In this document: in pieces, positions 39,460-52,145 of the stretch
Position numbering within the stretch: position 1 is the stretch's first letter
How the letters are laid out: the number at the start of each line of letters is the position of its first letter
Assembly (NCBI RefSeq): GCF_006345805.1
Contig: NC_042999.1
Span: 41,974,001-42,038,000 of the forward strand
Source of the DNA: Octopus sinensis
Taxonomy: Eukaryota
Direction of reading: 5' to 3'
Length of the DNA stretch: 64,000 nucleotides
Notes under the pieces: generated by a model
Seen by the model: the letters and a program-made list of their open reading frames with translations, nothing else
What the model was told of the DNA's origin: nothing
Databases searched by the model: none
Made by a program: the position numbers and the translations under genes

Positions 39460-41454
39460 TTACTGCTCGAAAGTTTTTGCTTTCTCCTCCGTTGGTTTGT
39501 CCTCGAGAAGATCCCAGTACAGTTTCTTTGTGAGATATTTTTGGCATTTACCAACCGCACTGGGGAAAATGCCTTTGAGTGTGTGGTGCAGACTTTTGGA
39601 GATGTGTTATTTTGATGTGGTCTGGTGGTGTTGTGTATGGGTGGTTGTTGTTTTTATGTCATCTTCTGTTATGTTTGTTTTTGATTGGATGTATTCCATC
39701 AAATTTGTGTTTTTGGTGTCTATGGCTGTGAGCATGTTTGCTGTATATGTTTTTGTGGTGTTGGTGTGGCTGTTGTTTGCGTTGGGTTTTGAAATGTCTT
39801 CGGGAGATGTATTTCCCCTGCTTTGTTCGTGTTTGCATTTGGTTTGGTTGTGTTTCTGCTCTTTATTTTCCTTCTTTTTGTAGCTATTTGCCATTCCTCA
39901 CTGGTTTCGTCTTCCGACGAAATTTCTGAGGAATCAGAAGGGGGTAGGGGTATGTTGTGGGCTTCTATGTATGTCTGTGTAAGTGGTTGTGTTGTTGTTT
40001 TCGTTGTTGTTGGTGTTGAGTGTTGTGTGTGTTGAGTGCGGTATAAGGGATGGGGGATCAGTTTGTGTGTGTTTTCTTTGTTTTTCTGTTCCTTTGGGTT
40101 TTGCTGTTGATGGTAGTGTTGGTATTTTTCCAGGTGTCGAGTGGTTTTTGGTTGATGACGGATTAGCTTGGTGTGCTTCTCTTGTCGTCTTCTGTGTTGA
40201 TGGTGGTGTGGGTAGTAGAGCTTTTTTTCCGGAGTGCTTTGGTTGTGGTAGTGGTTGTTGTTGTTGCTCTGGTGTGTGCAGTGGTTGGGCACGTCTTTTT
40301 CAAGTGTGTTTCGCTTCCACACAAATAGCAGCGTGGTCGCCTGCCCTCTACCACTATATAGAGTTTGTAGCCTCCTGGCAGTTCTATAGCGGTGGGTATC
40401 TTCTCTCTTGCTGCTTCATCCAATTGAAGCAGGAATTCGATTGATTTGCCCACATAGTCTTTCTCTCCTAGAACCGCGATTTCCAGGATGTTTGTCTCTG
40501 ACATTTCAAAGCAGATGGCAGAGACCACCCATTGTGTGTTTCGACATCAAATGGTATGTTTTTTATTTGGACTTTCGTGACCCTTTTGTTTAAATAGACT
40601 GGTATCATTACCAAGTCGTCCGAATGTAGCTCCAATGTGGAAAAACGTTTTGCTAAACTTTCGTTGAGGAAACGTACTTGGACTGTACCAAATTTGTTTC
40701 CCCAACTGATATATTCCTTGGAGTCCCATACAGGACGAAGGCATTTATCGATTTTTTCCTGCGGTGCATTTTCTGTTCTTCTTGTTTTTTTGTTTATTAC
40801 TTTATAAATTATTGTTTTTTTTTGCGTGTTTTCCACGATGTGTTGTGGAATATGAAGGTGCAATTTGTCTCCTTCTTTGGAGAAGAGTGCCTTTGTGCGG
40901 TTTATCTCTTGTGTGGTGAATGTTACAATTGTTCTTTTTTGTTTTGTTACGTCCGCAAAATTCGTTTTGAATTTGGCAGTAGAAGTGTTAATTGTGGCAG
41001 TGTTAATTGAAGTCATGGTAGTGGTGTTGGTGTTGGCGGTATTAGCAGCAGAAGGCTTGGATGTAGCATTTGACGTCGTAGTAGTGGTGTTGGTGTTGGC
41101 GGTGTTGTCTTTGGTAGGCGGCTTTGTGCCAATTTCGTTGTTGTTGTTGTGGTGGTGATGGTGGTGGTGCTGGCATTTATGTTTTCGTTTGTATTCATTT
41201 TTGAAATCCCTTTCTCTGTCCCTTTATCATCAACAAGTGTGTGTGGGGAGTGAGGGGAAATCTAAGTTAATGTCTTTGGTCGCGGCGATGGTGAATGCGA
41301 CGTTAGATTTGTTGTTGTTGTTGTTGGTGGTGGTGATGGTGGTGACAGCGGTGTTCACGCTGCGATGTTTAGCAGCTAGTGGTAGCAATAGTGTTTTGCT
41401 ACCGTTCTGCATGACTGGCGGGCTAGCCACGTGGTTTCTGGTTGCCATTTTCAA
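39460..41454 (-). CDS. LINE ORF1 (Gag-like, CCHC zinc knuckle, Thr/Asn/Gln-rich low-complexity segments); frameshifted as assembled
   Basis: CYLCGSETHLKKTC fits C-x2-C-x4-H-x4-C, preceded by a possible RRM-like region; reconstructed end ...WDLLEDKPTEEKAKTFEQ*. Confidence 0.8.
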
Positions 41455-42372
41455 AATGAAAAATGGCTAAAAAACCCACGAAAGTTTTGAAAGTTTTTTT
41501 GTAATTTCGCCCATACAGGGGCGGAATTCTACGTGAATAATTCTCAGGTTTTTTAGTGAATGAATTTGCACAACGATTAAAACAAAATATTTGACAACAA
41601 GGAGTTTTAAACATGTAAAAGTGGCCAACTTACTTGGAGCCGATATGACTAGCGTCCGTCCATTGTGATAGATATAAGGGGAGAATCACCGCTAATAATA
41701 TTTTATTTATCGACCTAGTAAGAATAAAAGAAAAAATAACCTCTGTAGAATTTAAACGTAAAACGTGCAGGACAGCGACAATGCCGTAAGATATCCCATC
41801 CGACGCTCTAAAGACTACCAATTCACCAACTTAAGTTAATAGGATGCTCTTTAAGGTAGGTTATACAATCATTTCTTACAAATTGCGCGATGATACCGCA
41901 TGGGATGTATACGGTTAAGTAAACCCATTATGCTATAATAGAAATTACTGCCAAGTTTCCTTTTTGTGTCAACCCCAATGTCTTGAAGAAATGAAATAAA
42001 ATATTTGCTTAATGAGGCATGAGATGTTTTGGCAAACCGCTTTGGAGACGCCTACCTGGCTTAACTGATTAGAGGCTGACTTTTCTGACATAAGACATAT
42101 TAATGTTTCTCTCTCTCCCTCTCTAGCCACATTCTCCATCCCCCTACTCTCTCTCCCCCACTTTTCTTTCTCCCCTTCTCTCTCCCCCTCTCTCTCTCTC
42201 TTGTACGCTTATGTGTGTGCGAGCATGTTTCTCTTCATGTGTACGAGGAGAGGGAAAGTGTTTATGCCAATCATACTCAATTAACAATTTCATGCACTGT
42301 TTCTCTATGTGTATATTTATGCGCATGTGCTCATGTGTGTGTGTGTGTGTGCCTGCTGTTCCGAAAGGTACC

Positions 42373-42553
42373 TATTTCTTTATTACCCACAAGGGGCTAA
42401 ACATAGAGGGGACAAACAAGGACAGACATAGGTATTAAGTCGATTGCATTGACCCCAGTGCGTAACTGGTGCTTAATTTATCGTCCTCGAAAGGATGAAA
42501 AGCAAAGTCGATCTTGGCGGAATTTGAACTCACAACGTAACGCAGACGAAATA
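42373..42553 (-). mobile_element. SINE family A, 5'-truncated, with TSD
   Basis: TSD-like cc(g/c)aaaggtacc on both sides. Confidence 0.9.
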
Positions 42554-42859
42554 CCCAAAGGTACCGTCACCAAGACAGGTACTAATATCGAGTCAGCCAT
42601 GCCAAATCGCTTGCGTTCAAATAGCTGCGACAAATCCTCCCATTCCGTGGTCAATATACTTCACAATAAAATGCCAGCGAGGACGGAAAGAATGACTAGA
42701 AGCAAAATGTTTTCATACATATTAATTCTCGAGTAGAACAGACCAGAGAGTTATAAAGTGCAACAAAAACAATATTGGAAAATAATTTTAGCATTTCTTA
42801 ATTTCGATTATTGAACATTTGAGTTTCTGTTGTTTCAAGATGATTAACGAATTCTGAAA

Positions 42860-43000
42860 TACAGTCCAGACTTCAGATTTAGTAGGAAAGGAGTAGTCGA
42901 TTACATTTATCAGATTTTGTCGAGTACATTATTTTGCTAACAATGTAAAGATGAAAAACAAAAGCCGATCGATGTCGATTTGAACTCAGAAAGCAAGGAG
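42860..43000 (-). mobile_element. SINE family A, very degenerate
   Basis: gtagtcgattacat...gatgaaaaacaaaagccgat...atttgaactcagaa. Confidence 0.55.
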
Positions 43001-43348
43001 ATACATATTAACAGATAGCAGTTCCCCCACTATCTTAGTGTAACTATAGCGAACCACCTCTCGCGTTTGAAAGAAATATATTTTTCATGACCAAGACTAA
43101 TGTTATATATAGACTGCATGTTATTAATTTTACAATATTTTGCAATGAAATACATTGTGTTTTTTGATAATATTGTTTGTGTTCGTCTGTCGAAATTATG
43201 TTACGTTTAGACACATTACACTTCATTCAGGTTTTTTTTCTTAAGTTAAATCTACTGGTGATTTTATTCACGTAATATACATATATATTGTATGTATATG
43301 TATATATATATATATAAACATATATATGTATACACACACGCACTTATA

Positions 43349-43382
<34 letters not shown>

Positions 43383-43383
43383 T

Positions 43384-43465
<82 letters not shown>

Positions 43466-44079
43466 GGATCGATAGATAGATAAAACTTACTTGGAAAAGG
43501 TTGCGTGGCGTTCGATCAAATAATAATATAATAATAATATTATATATATATATATATATATTTATGTATATATATATACGTACATATATGCATATTTGCA
43601 ATCTTTTCATCTCGAAGAAAAAAATATTGGAATAATATGACAGACAAGAATACAATGGAATATATTTTTTCATAACAGACCAAAACATTTTCTTTGGTAG
43701 AAACTGTTTTTCATAATATAAAACAAAGATTTCTTTGATATTTTATATATATATATTTTTATATTTCATTTAATTTCTGGATTAGCTTATATTTCATAAT
43801 TTTAATTCACCATGAGATATCCATAGATATTAAAGTTTTACACTATATTAGAAAATAAAACAGCAAGCAGACGCATGTCCATATATTCATCTCTGAAACC
43901 AAACTAATACAAGGGAGAAACGTATTCATAAGTCTTGTCTTTACTTTTATCTTTAACCGTTCCTTCAAAATTCTCTCTCTCAACACATATGCACACTCAC
44001 AAGTACAAATAGACGAACATACAAACGCATATACTAATGTACATTCACCTATATTTTTGTACGTACGTATGCATATGTA

Positions 44080-44480
44080 CGCATGTTATATCACTCTTAG
44101 TGCTACAGGTAGCATGTCATCCAGTATGAACTGTCGCATAGTCCGGCCATCGGTGACTAAGCGGGCAACCCTACCAAAGCTGCTTGGTAAGGAAGTCAGT
44201 TTTCGTTGGACACCCTCTATGACGGAAAAACAAAATCTATCAAATGACTTATCGACTCGGAAGGATCAACGTCCATCCAACAGCTGTAAGTGAGAGACCT
44301 CCAAGTCTATCAAGAGAATGTAATTCCGGAATTATCCCTACATCATTGTGAAGCTGCATGCATTGCTCTAGCTTATTTCTGAAGCTCATAGATTTGTAGC
44401 TGATAGACTTGGCGTAGTTTTGTAAACTGTTATTGACTTCAAATTTCAGCAAGGCATCGTAGAGAGCGATTACTTTTAAC
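44080..44480 (-). pseudogene. Decayed coding remnant, possibly Academ-type transposase
   Basis: One minus frame with ~5 stops in ~120 codons: ...SRNYILLIDLEVSHLQLLDGR*SFRVDKSFDRFCFSVIEGVQRKL; similarity from memory only. Confidence 0.3.
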
Positions 44481-44551
44481 ATTTAGAATAAGATGGTCAT
44501 AATCCCCTACGAATTGAGAGCTATCATCTGTGTGTGTGTGTAAGCGTGTGC

Positions 44552-44586
<35 letters not shown>

Positions 44587-44602
44587 ATATATTATATATA
44601 TA

Positions 44603-44920
44603 CACAAAATGGGACAAGAAAGCAAAACATCCAGACAGTTAGGGGATACAAGAAAGGGACAACAGAACATCCAGATAGACGATGCAAAGAAAACAAGGAC
44701 GGATCATTCGGTGTTTCCTTTCCTCAGACGAGTTCCAGATTATCTTTGCAATTTCGGCTGGTTATACTCGAGATTGCTCCTATCTGGCCAGCCCCAAGGA
44801 AAAACTAAGCTAAGAGCATTAGATTCCTTGGAAGAAAGCAGCGAATGTATACGGAAACAAGGGCGGAAAATATGGAGAAAGTTACACAAATACAAATAAC
44901 AGGACATAACAACATTTAGA
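44603..44920. mobile_element. (TA)n-anchored non-coding repeat, probable Penelope-like remnant
   Basis: Starts at a (TA)n edge like the hammerhead-bearing elements; only a weak CUGAGGA...GAAAC motif on minus. Confidence 0.4.
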
Positions 44921-45948
44921 TTTTATCGAGTACATTATTTTGCTAATATTAAGTAAATAGCTGACTTAGTGCATAAGTGCCGACAGACAGATAGATGGGT
45001 ATTTACCCACACATATGCATACACACATATATGTGTATGTATGTGTGTCTGTGAGTGTGTGAACACTTGTAGTTGATATGCAAAATACTTTTATATAAAG
45101 TGTATTCATTAACTATGCATATAGGAAGACGCGTGTTATAGATATTACTAATTGTGTATTTATTTGCATGTTACTACCTCACCTTTGTTAAAATTTATCA
45201 GATAAATATTAATTGTTAAAATGACAAAGGTGCTACCCTTTTGCTTTCTTCAAAGAGAATCTTTTGAATGGATATTTCTTTCTTTCTCGGCTTGACATTT
45301 TAAGCAATTGTTGTAACAATGCTATTATCTTTTCAATAGCGTATCTAATTCACGATATTCTGCACTAGTTTGACGTTTTAAACATTTATTGCATGAAAGG
45401 TATTATACTCTGTATAAGGTGTCTTATTCATAACATCATGTATTTCATATTTCGGTTGCTGCGTTATATTCTTGTAAATACCACAGAGGGTATTTGAAGC
45501 ATAATTGATATTGCTAATTATTACAATTGGTAATCGTTGCATACGTTAGAAGTTATATGGCACCTCACTATTTCGAACATAACGCTGCACCATATCCGGT
45601 ATTTAAAAATCAACAATAACAGAGTTGCCAAGAACTTGAAAGTTTGAATGCTTTAAAATTCTGCATCTTTACCTTTTGACCGACAGATTTAAAAAATTAT
45701 TTTTTGTAACTTAATACTTTCAAACTTCGTATACTGGTAGAATGTGTCACATAACGCATCTATTACTCTTGGCGTTGTTGAGAAAATTCTGTATTTTGGA
45801 AGTTATTTTTTCTTAAGTTGTCGTATTTCGGTAATTTCAAACAATCAATGACGTGTATTCAGCTGAATAAAATTACTGCTGTTGTTTGTCAACAACTTCC
45901 GGTCCAATTTAACATTGCCGTATTAAATATTCATTACTATTATCATTA

Positions 45949-46018
<70 letters not shown>

Positions 46019-46019
<1 letters not shown>

Positions 46020-49000
46020 CTTTTTTTTTCTTCTTTCAAATTTTCTTCCATTTCTTGCCGAGTGTCTTCCCGACTCCTAGGGCAAAGAAACTCATAGTGT
46101 ATATTGGTAGGCCATTAAACCAAACTCAGTAGTTCGTTCATTTTTTTTTTCTTTTTTTTTTTTTTTAAAGTTAAATTAAAATACATGAGCAGCAACAGTT
46201 CTCACATCGACAATGCTCTTCTCAATACGTGTGATGTACCAGTTAAGACAATCTTTTGCACTTCTTGCAGGGATGGTAAGCCAGGGATCATTCTCATATA
46301 ATTTTCGGTTCCCTTCTTGATCATTCCTAGTGCTCCTACGATCACTGGTATTGTAACCGCCTTGAGATGCCACATTTTCTCAATTTCAATGAGTAGGTCT
46401 TTATATTTTCTGAGCTTGTCAAACTCTTTCGCTGAGATATTATGATCACAGGGGATGCTCATGTCGATCAATAAGCAAACTTTATTGTTTTGGTCTTTCA
46501 CAACAATATCTGGTTTATTGGCCTTGATGGTTCGGTCTGTATGTACTGGAAAGTCCCACAGAATGGTTACATTTTCTCCTTCAGTTACAGCCTCAGGGTG
46601 GTGATTATACCACTTGTCGGCAGTTTTGATATTGTAATGCCGACTTATTAGCCAGTGGAGATATTGGCCAACTCTGTCATGTCTTAATTTATACTCCACT
46701 GGTGCTAAGACTTTACATCCAGAGATTAGGTAGTCCACTGTTTCAATCATGTCGTTGCAGAATCGGCATTTTGGGTCTGCTCCATTTTTCATCACATTGG
46801 CCTGGTAGTTCCGGGTTAATAGGCTTTGGTCTTGAGCAGCCAGGATGAAACCTTCGCTCTCTGCTTTTAGCCCTGAGCTCCGCAGCCACTGATGGGTTGC
46901 TTCTGGTCAACATCAGCTTGTTTGCTGCGGGTCACATATTTGCCGTGCAGAGGTTTCTCCTCCCACCTATCAGCCAATTGCTCGTGCGCTTTTTTCATTG
47001 CCATCATTTTCACCTTCTTTGCAACAATAGTTGCCGTACTTCCCTCGGGTTGTTCAGTTTGGGTATCCTGCACGAGATCAATAGCAAATTTTTTGCTTTC
47101 CTTGATAATAGAATGAAGCTTCTTTCGTCTCTCGTGATTTTCCACGAGCTTTAGCATCCAGTCATTCGATATTTCGAGATATTTGGCCAGTCCAATTGTG
47201 GTTGTTTTGTAAGCTAGTTCAAATTGGATCAGGCCTCGACCTCCTTGGGCTCTGGGAAGGTAAAGGCGATCTACGTCTGCCTTTGGGTGGTGCATCCTAT
47301 TACAACTCAGCAGCTTGCGTATTTTTCTATCTATATTCTTTACTTCACTCATATTCCAGTTCAACACATTGTAGCTATAAGTAACAACTGGAACTGCTAA
47401 GGAATTTATAGCTAACACCTTGTTACGTGCATTTAGTTCAGATTTCAGGACTGCACGAACTCTCCTATAACATTCCTTCCTGATTTTCTCTTTCATGCTT
47501 GCATGCTGAATACCAGAGCCTTCATTTATCCCTAAATATTTGTATGTCTGTTCTTGCTCAAGCTCTCTTATGACTGTGTCAACATCTAACACGACTGAAT
47601 TTGTGGTCTTCACTTTCCCTTTCTGGAAAGTGGCCTTGGCACACTTCTCAAGTCCAAACTCCATCCCGATGTCATCGCTGAATGCTTTCACGGTGCGCAA
47701 TAGGCCTTCAAGTTCATTATTGTCTTTACCATAAAGTTTTAAGTCATCCATATAAAATAGATGGCTTATTTTTTTATTGGCAATTTTATACCCATACCCT
47801 GTTCTGTTTAATTCACTTGTAGGGGTATTAGGGCTATGCAGAATATTAAAGGTGAAAGTGAGTCACCTTGAAAAATTCCACAGTTGATGTTTATATTTTC
47901 TGAGGCAAGTACTCCATTAGAGTGGTATAATTGGAGATTCGTATTCCACAACGACATATTGTGCTTCAGGAAGTTTGAAATCACAGGGGAAATTTTAAAG
48001 ATGTCCAGCGATCTCAAGATCCATGGATGCGGTATACTGTCGAAGGCCTTTTTATAGTCAATCCATGCGGTGCTGAGATTTCTGCGCTTGTTGTGACAGT
48101 TCTCAAGGATCATACGATTGATTAGCAGTTGATCTTTGCATCCGTAAGACCCTCGGCGGCACTCTTTTAGTTCAATGGGGAAAATATCGTTCTTCTCAAT
48201 GAATGCATATGTTTTCTCCGCCAGGATAGATGTTAGGATTTTATACGTGGTGGATAGACAGGTTATAGGCCGATAGTTTTTTGGAAGGTTGGTTTCGTTA
48301 TTCTTTGGGAGTAGGTAAGTAATGCCACTTGCTAACCATTCAGGTGTTTTCTTTGGGTCTCTCAAAATTCCATTGAGCAGCTGAACTAGCTTACCGTGTG
48401 CGCACGGGAGCGATGCGAGCCAGAAATTCGGCACCCTATCTTTACCGGGGGATTTCCAATTATGGGCCTTCGTGAGTGCCTTTCTTAGGTCTGCTATTGT
48501 GATGTCTTCCCATGCTTGTTGTTGTAAATTTTGGTAGGATCCTTCAGTTTGTATAATCCAGTCTGCATTTATGTTGTACGTCTTCTTGTCACTCCAAATC
48601 CTTTCCAAAAGTTTTGAACTTCTTCCATGGGAGGGGGGTCTTTAACGGTTACTTTCTCCTTCCCTATTTCTCTGTAGAATTTTTTGGCATTGGATGTGAA
48701 CAGCTTATTTTGCTTGTAAAACTTGTTTCTCTTCTCAAATCTTCGTATTCTTTGGGCTTTTGCTTGGACTTTTTGTTTCAGCGTTTCTTTTATTGATATC
48801 AGTTCTTCTCTTGGTGAGGATCCAAATTTTCTCTTCATCTTTCTTCCTGTTCTGGATCTTACATCATTTCCACATATTAGTTCATTTAATATTGATATTT
48901 CCCCTCTCATAAATTCAATCTCTTTTTCAATTTTACTTCTCCAGGTTTGATTTCTTTCCAGGTTTTGTTTTCTTTGTTTTTTCGGGGGCATACAGCTGGT

Positions 49001-49998
49001 TTCAATTGCCCTAGCAGAAGCGTAAATAATTTCATTTAACTCAGTAAAATCAGATTTTAATTCTCGTATTATTTCATTTGTTACATAGTTGCCAATTTGG
49101 ATTTGTTTTTTATTTTGGTTTGTATTTGAGAGTTTATGAAGCGGTTCTCTATCATTCATACTTGTATGTCTTACAACTTCAAGCGTATTCAGGATTTTCT
49201 GCCTCATTTCTGCCATAGACTCTCTGTGTTCTTCAGCAAATGCGAGATCTTCAGTTACTGTTGTTTTTTCGTTTTCCTGGCTATCTTTAACAGGTACAAT
49301 AGAATTTCTTGTATCTTCAGGCCTTTGCGTACTTTGGTCAGATGGCAGTCTTTCAATTAAGCCTCGTGGCGGGCTATACTGTTCATCTGATTCTTCATTT
49401 CCTTTGTGTCTTATATTTATGTCATTTTCCGTTGCGTGCTTGATCGCACTTATTTCACTGTCTGTGAGTCTGTTATTTCTAAAGATATCCCTCCTCACAT
49501 TTGCTAATTTGTTCTCGTCCAAATAGGGCCTGCTGTCTTGATTCCGTGTTCTCCATATACTGTAAGAGTTTGCGGTGTGTCTCTCTTGAGATGGCCTACC
49601 TAATGCATAGTAATAAGCGTATATTACTTCTTTATACTCTTCTCGGGTCCATTTGTTCCGCTTACATTTTTCTTTCTGTGGTGGTTGTGGTGGTGAACTT
49701 GGAGGGCTCGAGTTGGGGGATTTCCCGTTCAAGTGACCATCCATGTCCGTATTCGGAGAAGAGTTTGTGCCAGTTGATGACTTTTCGATCCCAGGCTGGC
49801 TCTTCCCTGAGGGACGCGCTTCCAGATTAACCATAGGACAAGCGATTTGGTATACTGATTTAGTTTTCCTTTTAGTTTCCAAAAACATTTTGGTACTACG
49901 ATAATGTTATCATTTTTTAGCTTTGATTGGCTCGTGGGGAGACGGCCATCATTGCCGTTACAATTATAATCGTACCATTATAGCAGCCGTAGTCGGCT
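46019..49998 (-). mobile_element. Apparently full-length R4/Dong-clade non-LTR retrotransposon inserted in (TAA)n
   Basis: Single ORF with RT followed by zinc knuckle and restriction-like endonuclease; (TAA)n on both sides; short 5' and 3' UTRs. Confidence 0.9.
46202..49888 (-). CDS. R4/Dong ORF (N-terminal domain, RT, CCHC-type knuckle, RLE endonuclease); three 1-nt frameshifts as assembled
   Basis: NWKSPGKD, YRPITCL, DYKKAFD, GIFQGDSLSP, YMDD (across the 47815 shift); CRFC...ETVDYLISGC...RHD; NKPDIV...LIDMSIP...KLRKY (PD-(D/E)xK). Confidence 0.9.
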
Positions 49999-50059
49999 TA
50001 TTATTGTTATTATCTTCACCATTACCATCACTATCATCATTATCACCACTATTACCATC

Positions 50060-50094
<35 letters not shown>

Positions 50095-50097
<3 letters not shown>

Positions 50098-50718
50098 TAG
50101 TTTTATTTTTATAGTGTGCTTTCACTTCACTACCGAGCGCAACTCTGTGCGCCTTGGGTATGTGCTGTGATTTGTTGTGATGCTCTCATGGTTATTGTAT
50201 GGAAAGTGTTATATGTAGGATGTGTGCAGGGCCTAGTAGTGCAATTTTCTGTATGTTATATGTGTTTGTAAGTCCTGGTGCTTTTGTTATGTATTTGTCT
50301 GAATATTTTTTTATCATGCCTAATGCACCTACTGTGATAGGTAGTGTTTCTGTTTTTAGATTCCAGATTCTAGTTACCTCTATTTCCAGGTCTTTGTATT
50401 TTGAAAGTTTCTCCATTTCTTTTAGAGACACGTTGTCATCTGCCGGTATTGATACATAAATTAGAAAGCATTTTTTTCTTCATGATCTCTGACAACTATA
50501 TCTGGTCTGTTGGCCTTAATTTCTCTATCTGTATGTATCGGCATATCCCAGAGTATGGTTGCTTTCTCATTTTCTGTGACCTTTTCTGGTGTGTGCCTAT
50601 ACCATCTTTTTTCTGTTGTTATTCCATAATGTAGGCATAGCTTCCAGTGTATGTAGGTTCCAACTCTGTCATGTCTGTGAATATATTCCTTCTTAGGAAT
50701 AATAAGGAATATATTCCT
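50095..50718 (-). mobile_element. 5'-truncated R4/Dong copy of a second family (RLE domain and 3'UTR)
   Basis: EYIHRHDRVGTYIHW...ILWDMPIHTDREIKANRPDIVV...KYKDLEIEV..W...VGALG; (TAA)n on both sides. Confidence 0.88.
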
Positions 50719-50735
50719 TATTATTATTATTATTA

Positions 50736-50788
<53 letters not shown>

Positions 50789-50853
50789 ATCATTATTATT
50801 AGTAGTAGTATTAACATTATTATTATCATTATTTTTATTATTATTATTATTAA

Positions 50854-50922
<69 letters not shown>

Positions 50923-50937
50923 CATTATTATCATTAT

Positions 50938-51396
50938 TGACTGAGAGAGAAGTGCATGCCATCAAAGTGACACTGAGGTAAAAGCCCAGTATACCCATCA
51001 TGACTAACCGTCTGATAAGAGTACATCAGGCACATGCATCACAACCATATGTGCGTGACATGTGGTGATCTCATATCAAGATAAACAGCACATGACCTTG
51101 CTGGTGGGGCCCAGTTAGAATTTTCTTCTGGTCGAGTAGCCCTTCCCGCTCAAAAGGTCCCTGAATAAAGATTGTTTAAGGATGTTGAACGAACCCCCAT
51201 ATTTCCAAAGGTGAATTATCCAAACCTCTAAAATTCCTTTCAACACACTGCTTCTGCTCATGGTCAGAGATGCACATATCATCAGCCACTGAGGGACAGG
51301 GTCAACTGGTTAAGGTCAAACAATTGACAAGCAAATCTGTGGTATTGAGTAGAATATTTGCTGTAACCCATCTTTTATACCAAAACAAAACAATGT
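50938..51396. mobile_element. Non-coding ~460-bp insertion between trinucleotide tracts (probable non-autonomous element)
   Basis: Complex sequence bounded by (TTA)n-type tracts; no ORF; family not identified. Confidence 0.45.
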
Positions 51397-51505
51397 TATT
51401 ATCATTATTATTATTATTATTGTTATTATCATCATCATCATCATCATCATCCTCATCCTCATCCTCATCCTCATCCTCATCATGATTATTATTATTATTA
51501 TTATC

Positions 51506-51900
51506 AAGGCGGCGAGCTGGCAGAAACTTTAGCACGCCGGGCAAAATGCTTAGCGGCATTTCGTCTGCCGTTACGTTCTGAGTTCAAATTCCGCCGAGGT
51601 TGACTTTGCCTTTCATTCTTTCGGGGTCGATAAATTAAGTTCCAGTTACGCACTGGGGTCGATATAATCGACTTAATCTGTCTGTCCTTGTTTGTCTCCT
51701 GTGTGTTTATTCCCTTGTGGGTAGTAAAGAAATAGGTATTTTGTCTACCACTACGTTCTGAGGTCAAATTCCACTGAGGTCGCCTTTGCCTTTCATCCTT
51801 TCGGAGTCGATAAATTAAGTACCAGTTGAACACTGAGGTCGATGCAATCGACACATCCCCTTCCTCAAAATGATTGCCTTTGTGTGAAAATTTGAGACCA
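51506..51900 (+). mobile_element. SINE family A dimer (type-1 then type-2 tail)
   Basis: Core at ~51605 and ~51785. Confidence 0.92.
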
Positions 51901-51937
51901 TTATTATTACTGTTTTGCTGTTGTTGTTGTTGTTGTT

Positions 51938-52145
51938 AAGGCGGTGTGCTGACAGAATCGTTAGTACGTCCGGCAAACCGCTTAGCGGCATATCGTCCGA
52001 CTTTACGGTCCGGGTTAAAATTTCGCCGAGGTCGACTTTGCATTTCATCCTTCCGACGTCGATAAATTATTACCAGTTGCGTACTCGGGTCGATGTAATC
52101 GACTTCCCTCCTCCGAAATTTCAGGCTTTGTGCCCATTGTAGAAA
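51938..52145 (+). mobile_element. SINE family A (type-2 tail), diverged
   Basis: aaggcggtgtgctgacagaatcgttag...gaggtcgactttgcatttcatcc. Confidence 0.85.

Larger units (their letters stand above)
35603..41666 (-). mobile_element. Apparently full-length L1/Tx1-clade non-LTR retrotransposon (~6.06 kb)
   Basis: 5'UTR, ORF1, 31-nt spacer, ORF2, pyrimidine-run-rich 3'UTR with AATAAA just before the end; candidate TSD gatagatat at 35594-35602 and 41667-41675. Confidence 0.9.

Noticed and set aside
44702-44732. CUGAGGA...GAAAC on the minus strand (also CUGAAGA at ~3129 and CUGAUGA at 51279-51285 minus)
   Set aside because: Stem II and/or stem III-NUH cannot be formed; core words alone are expected by chance.
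49880-50000. HDV-like ribozyme at the Dong 5' end
   Set aside because: A P3/L3-like hairpin (cgt-ctcccc-acg) is present, but I could not fit P1.1 or P2.
36316-50634. Plus-strand and alternate-frame ORFs overlapping the LINE ORFs
   Set aside because: Shadow ORFs expected opposite long coding sequence; no motifs of their own.
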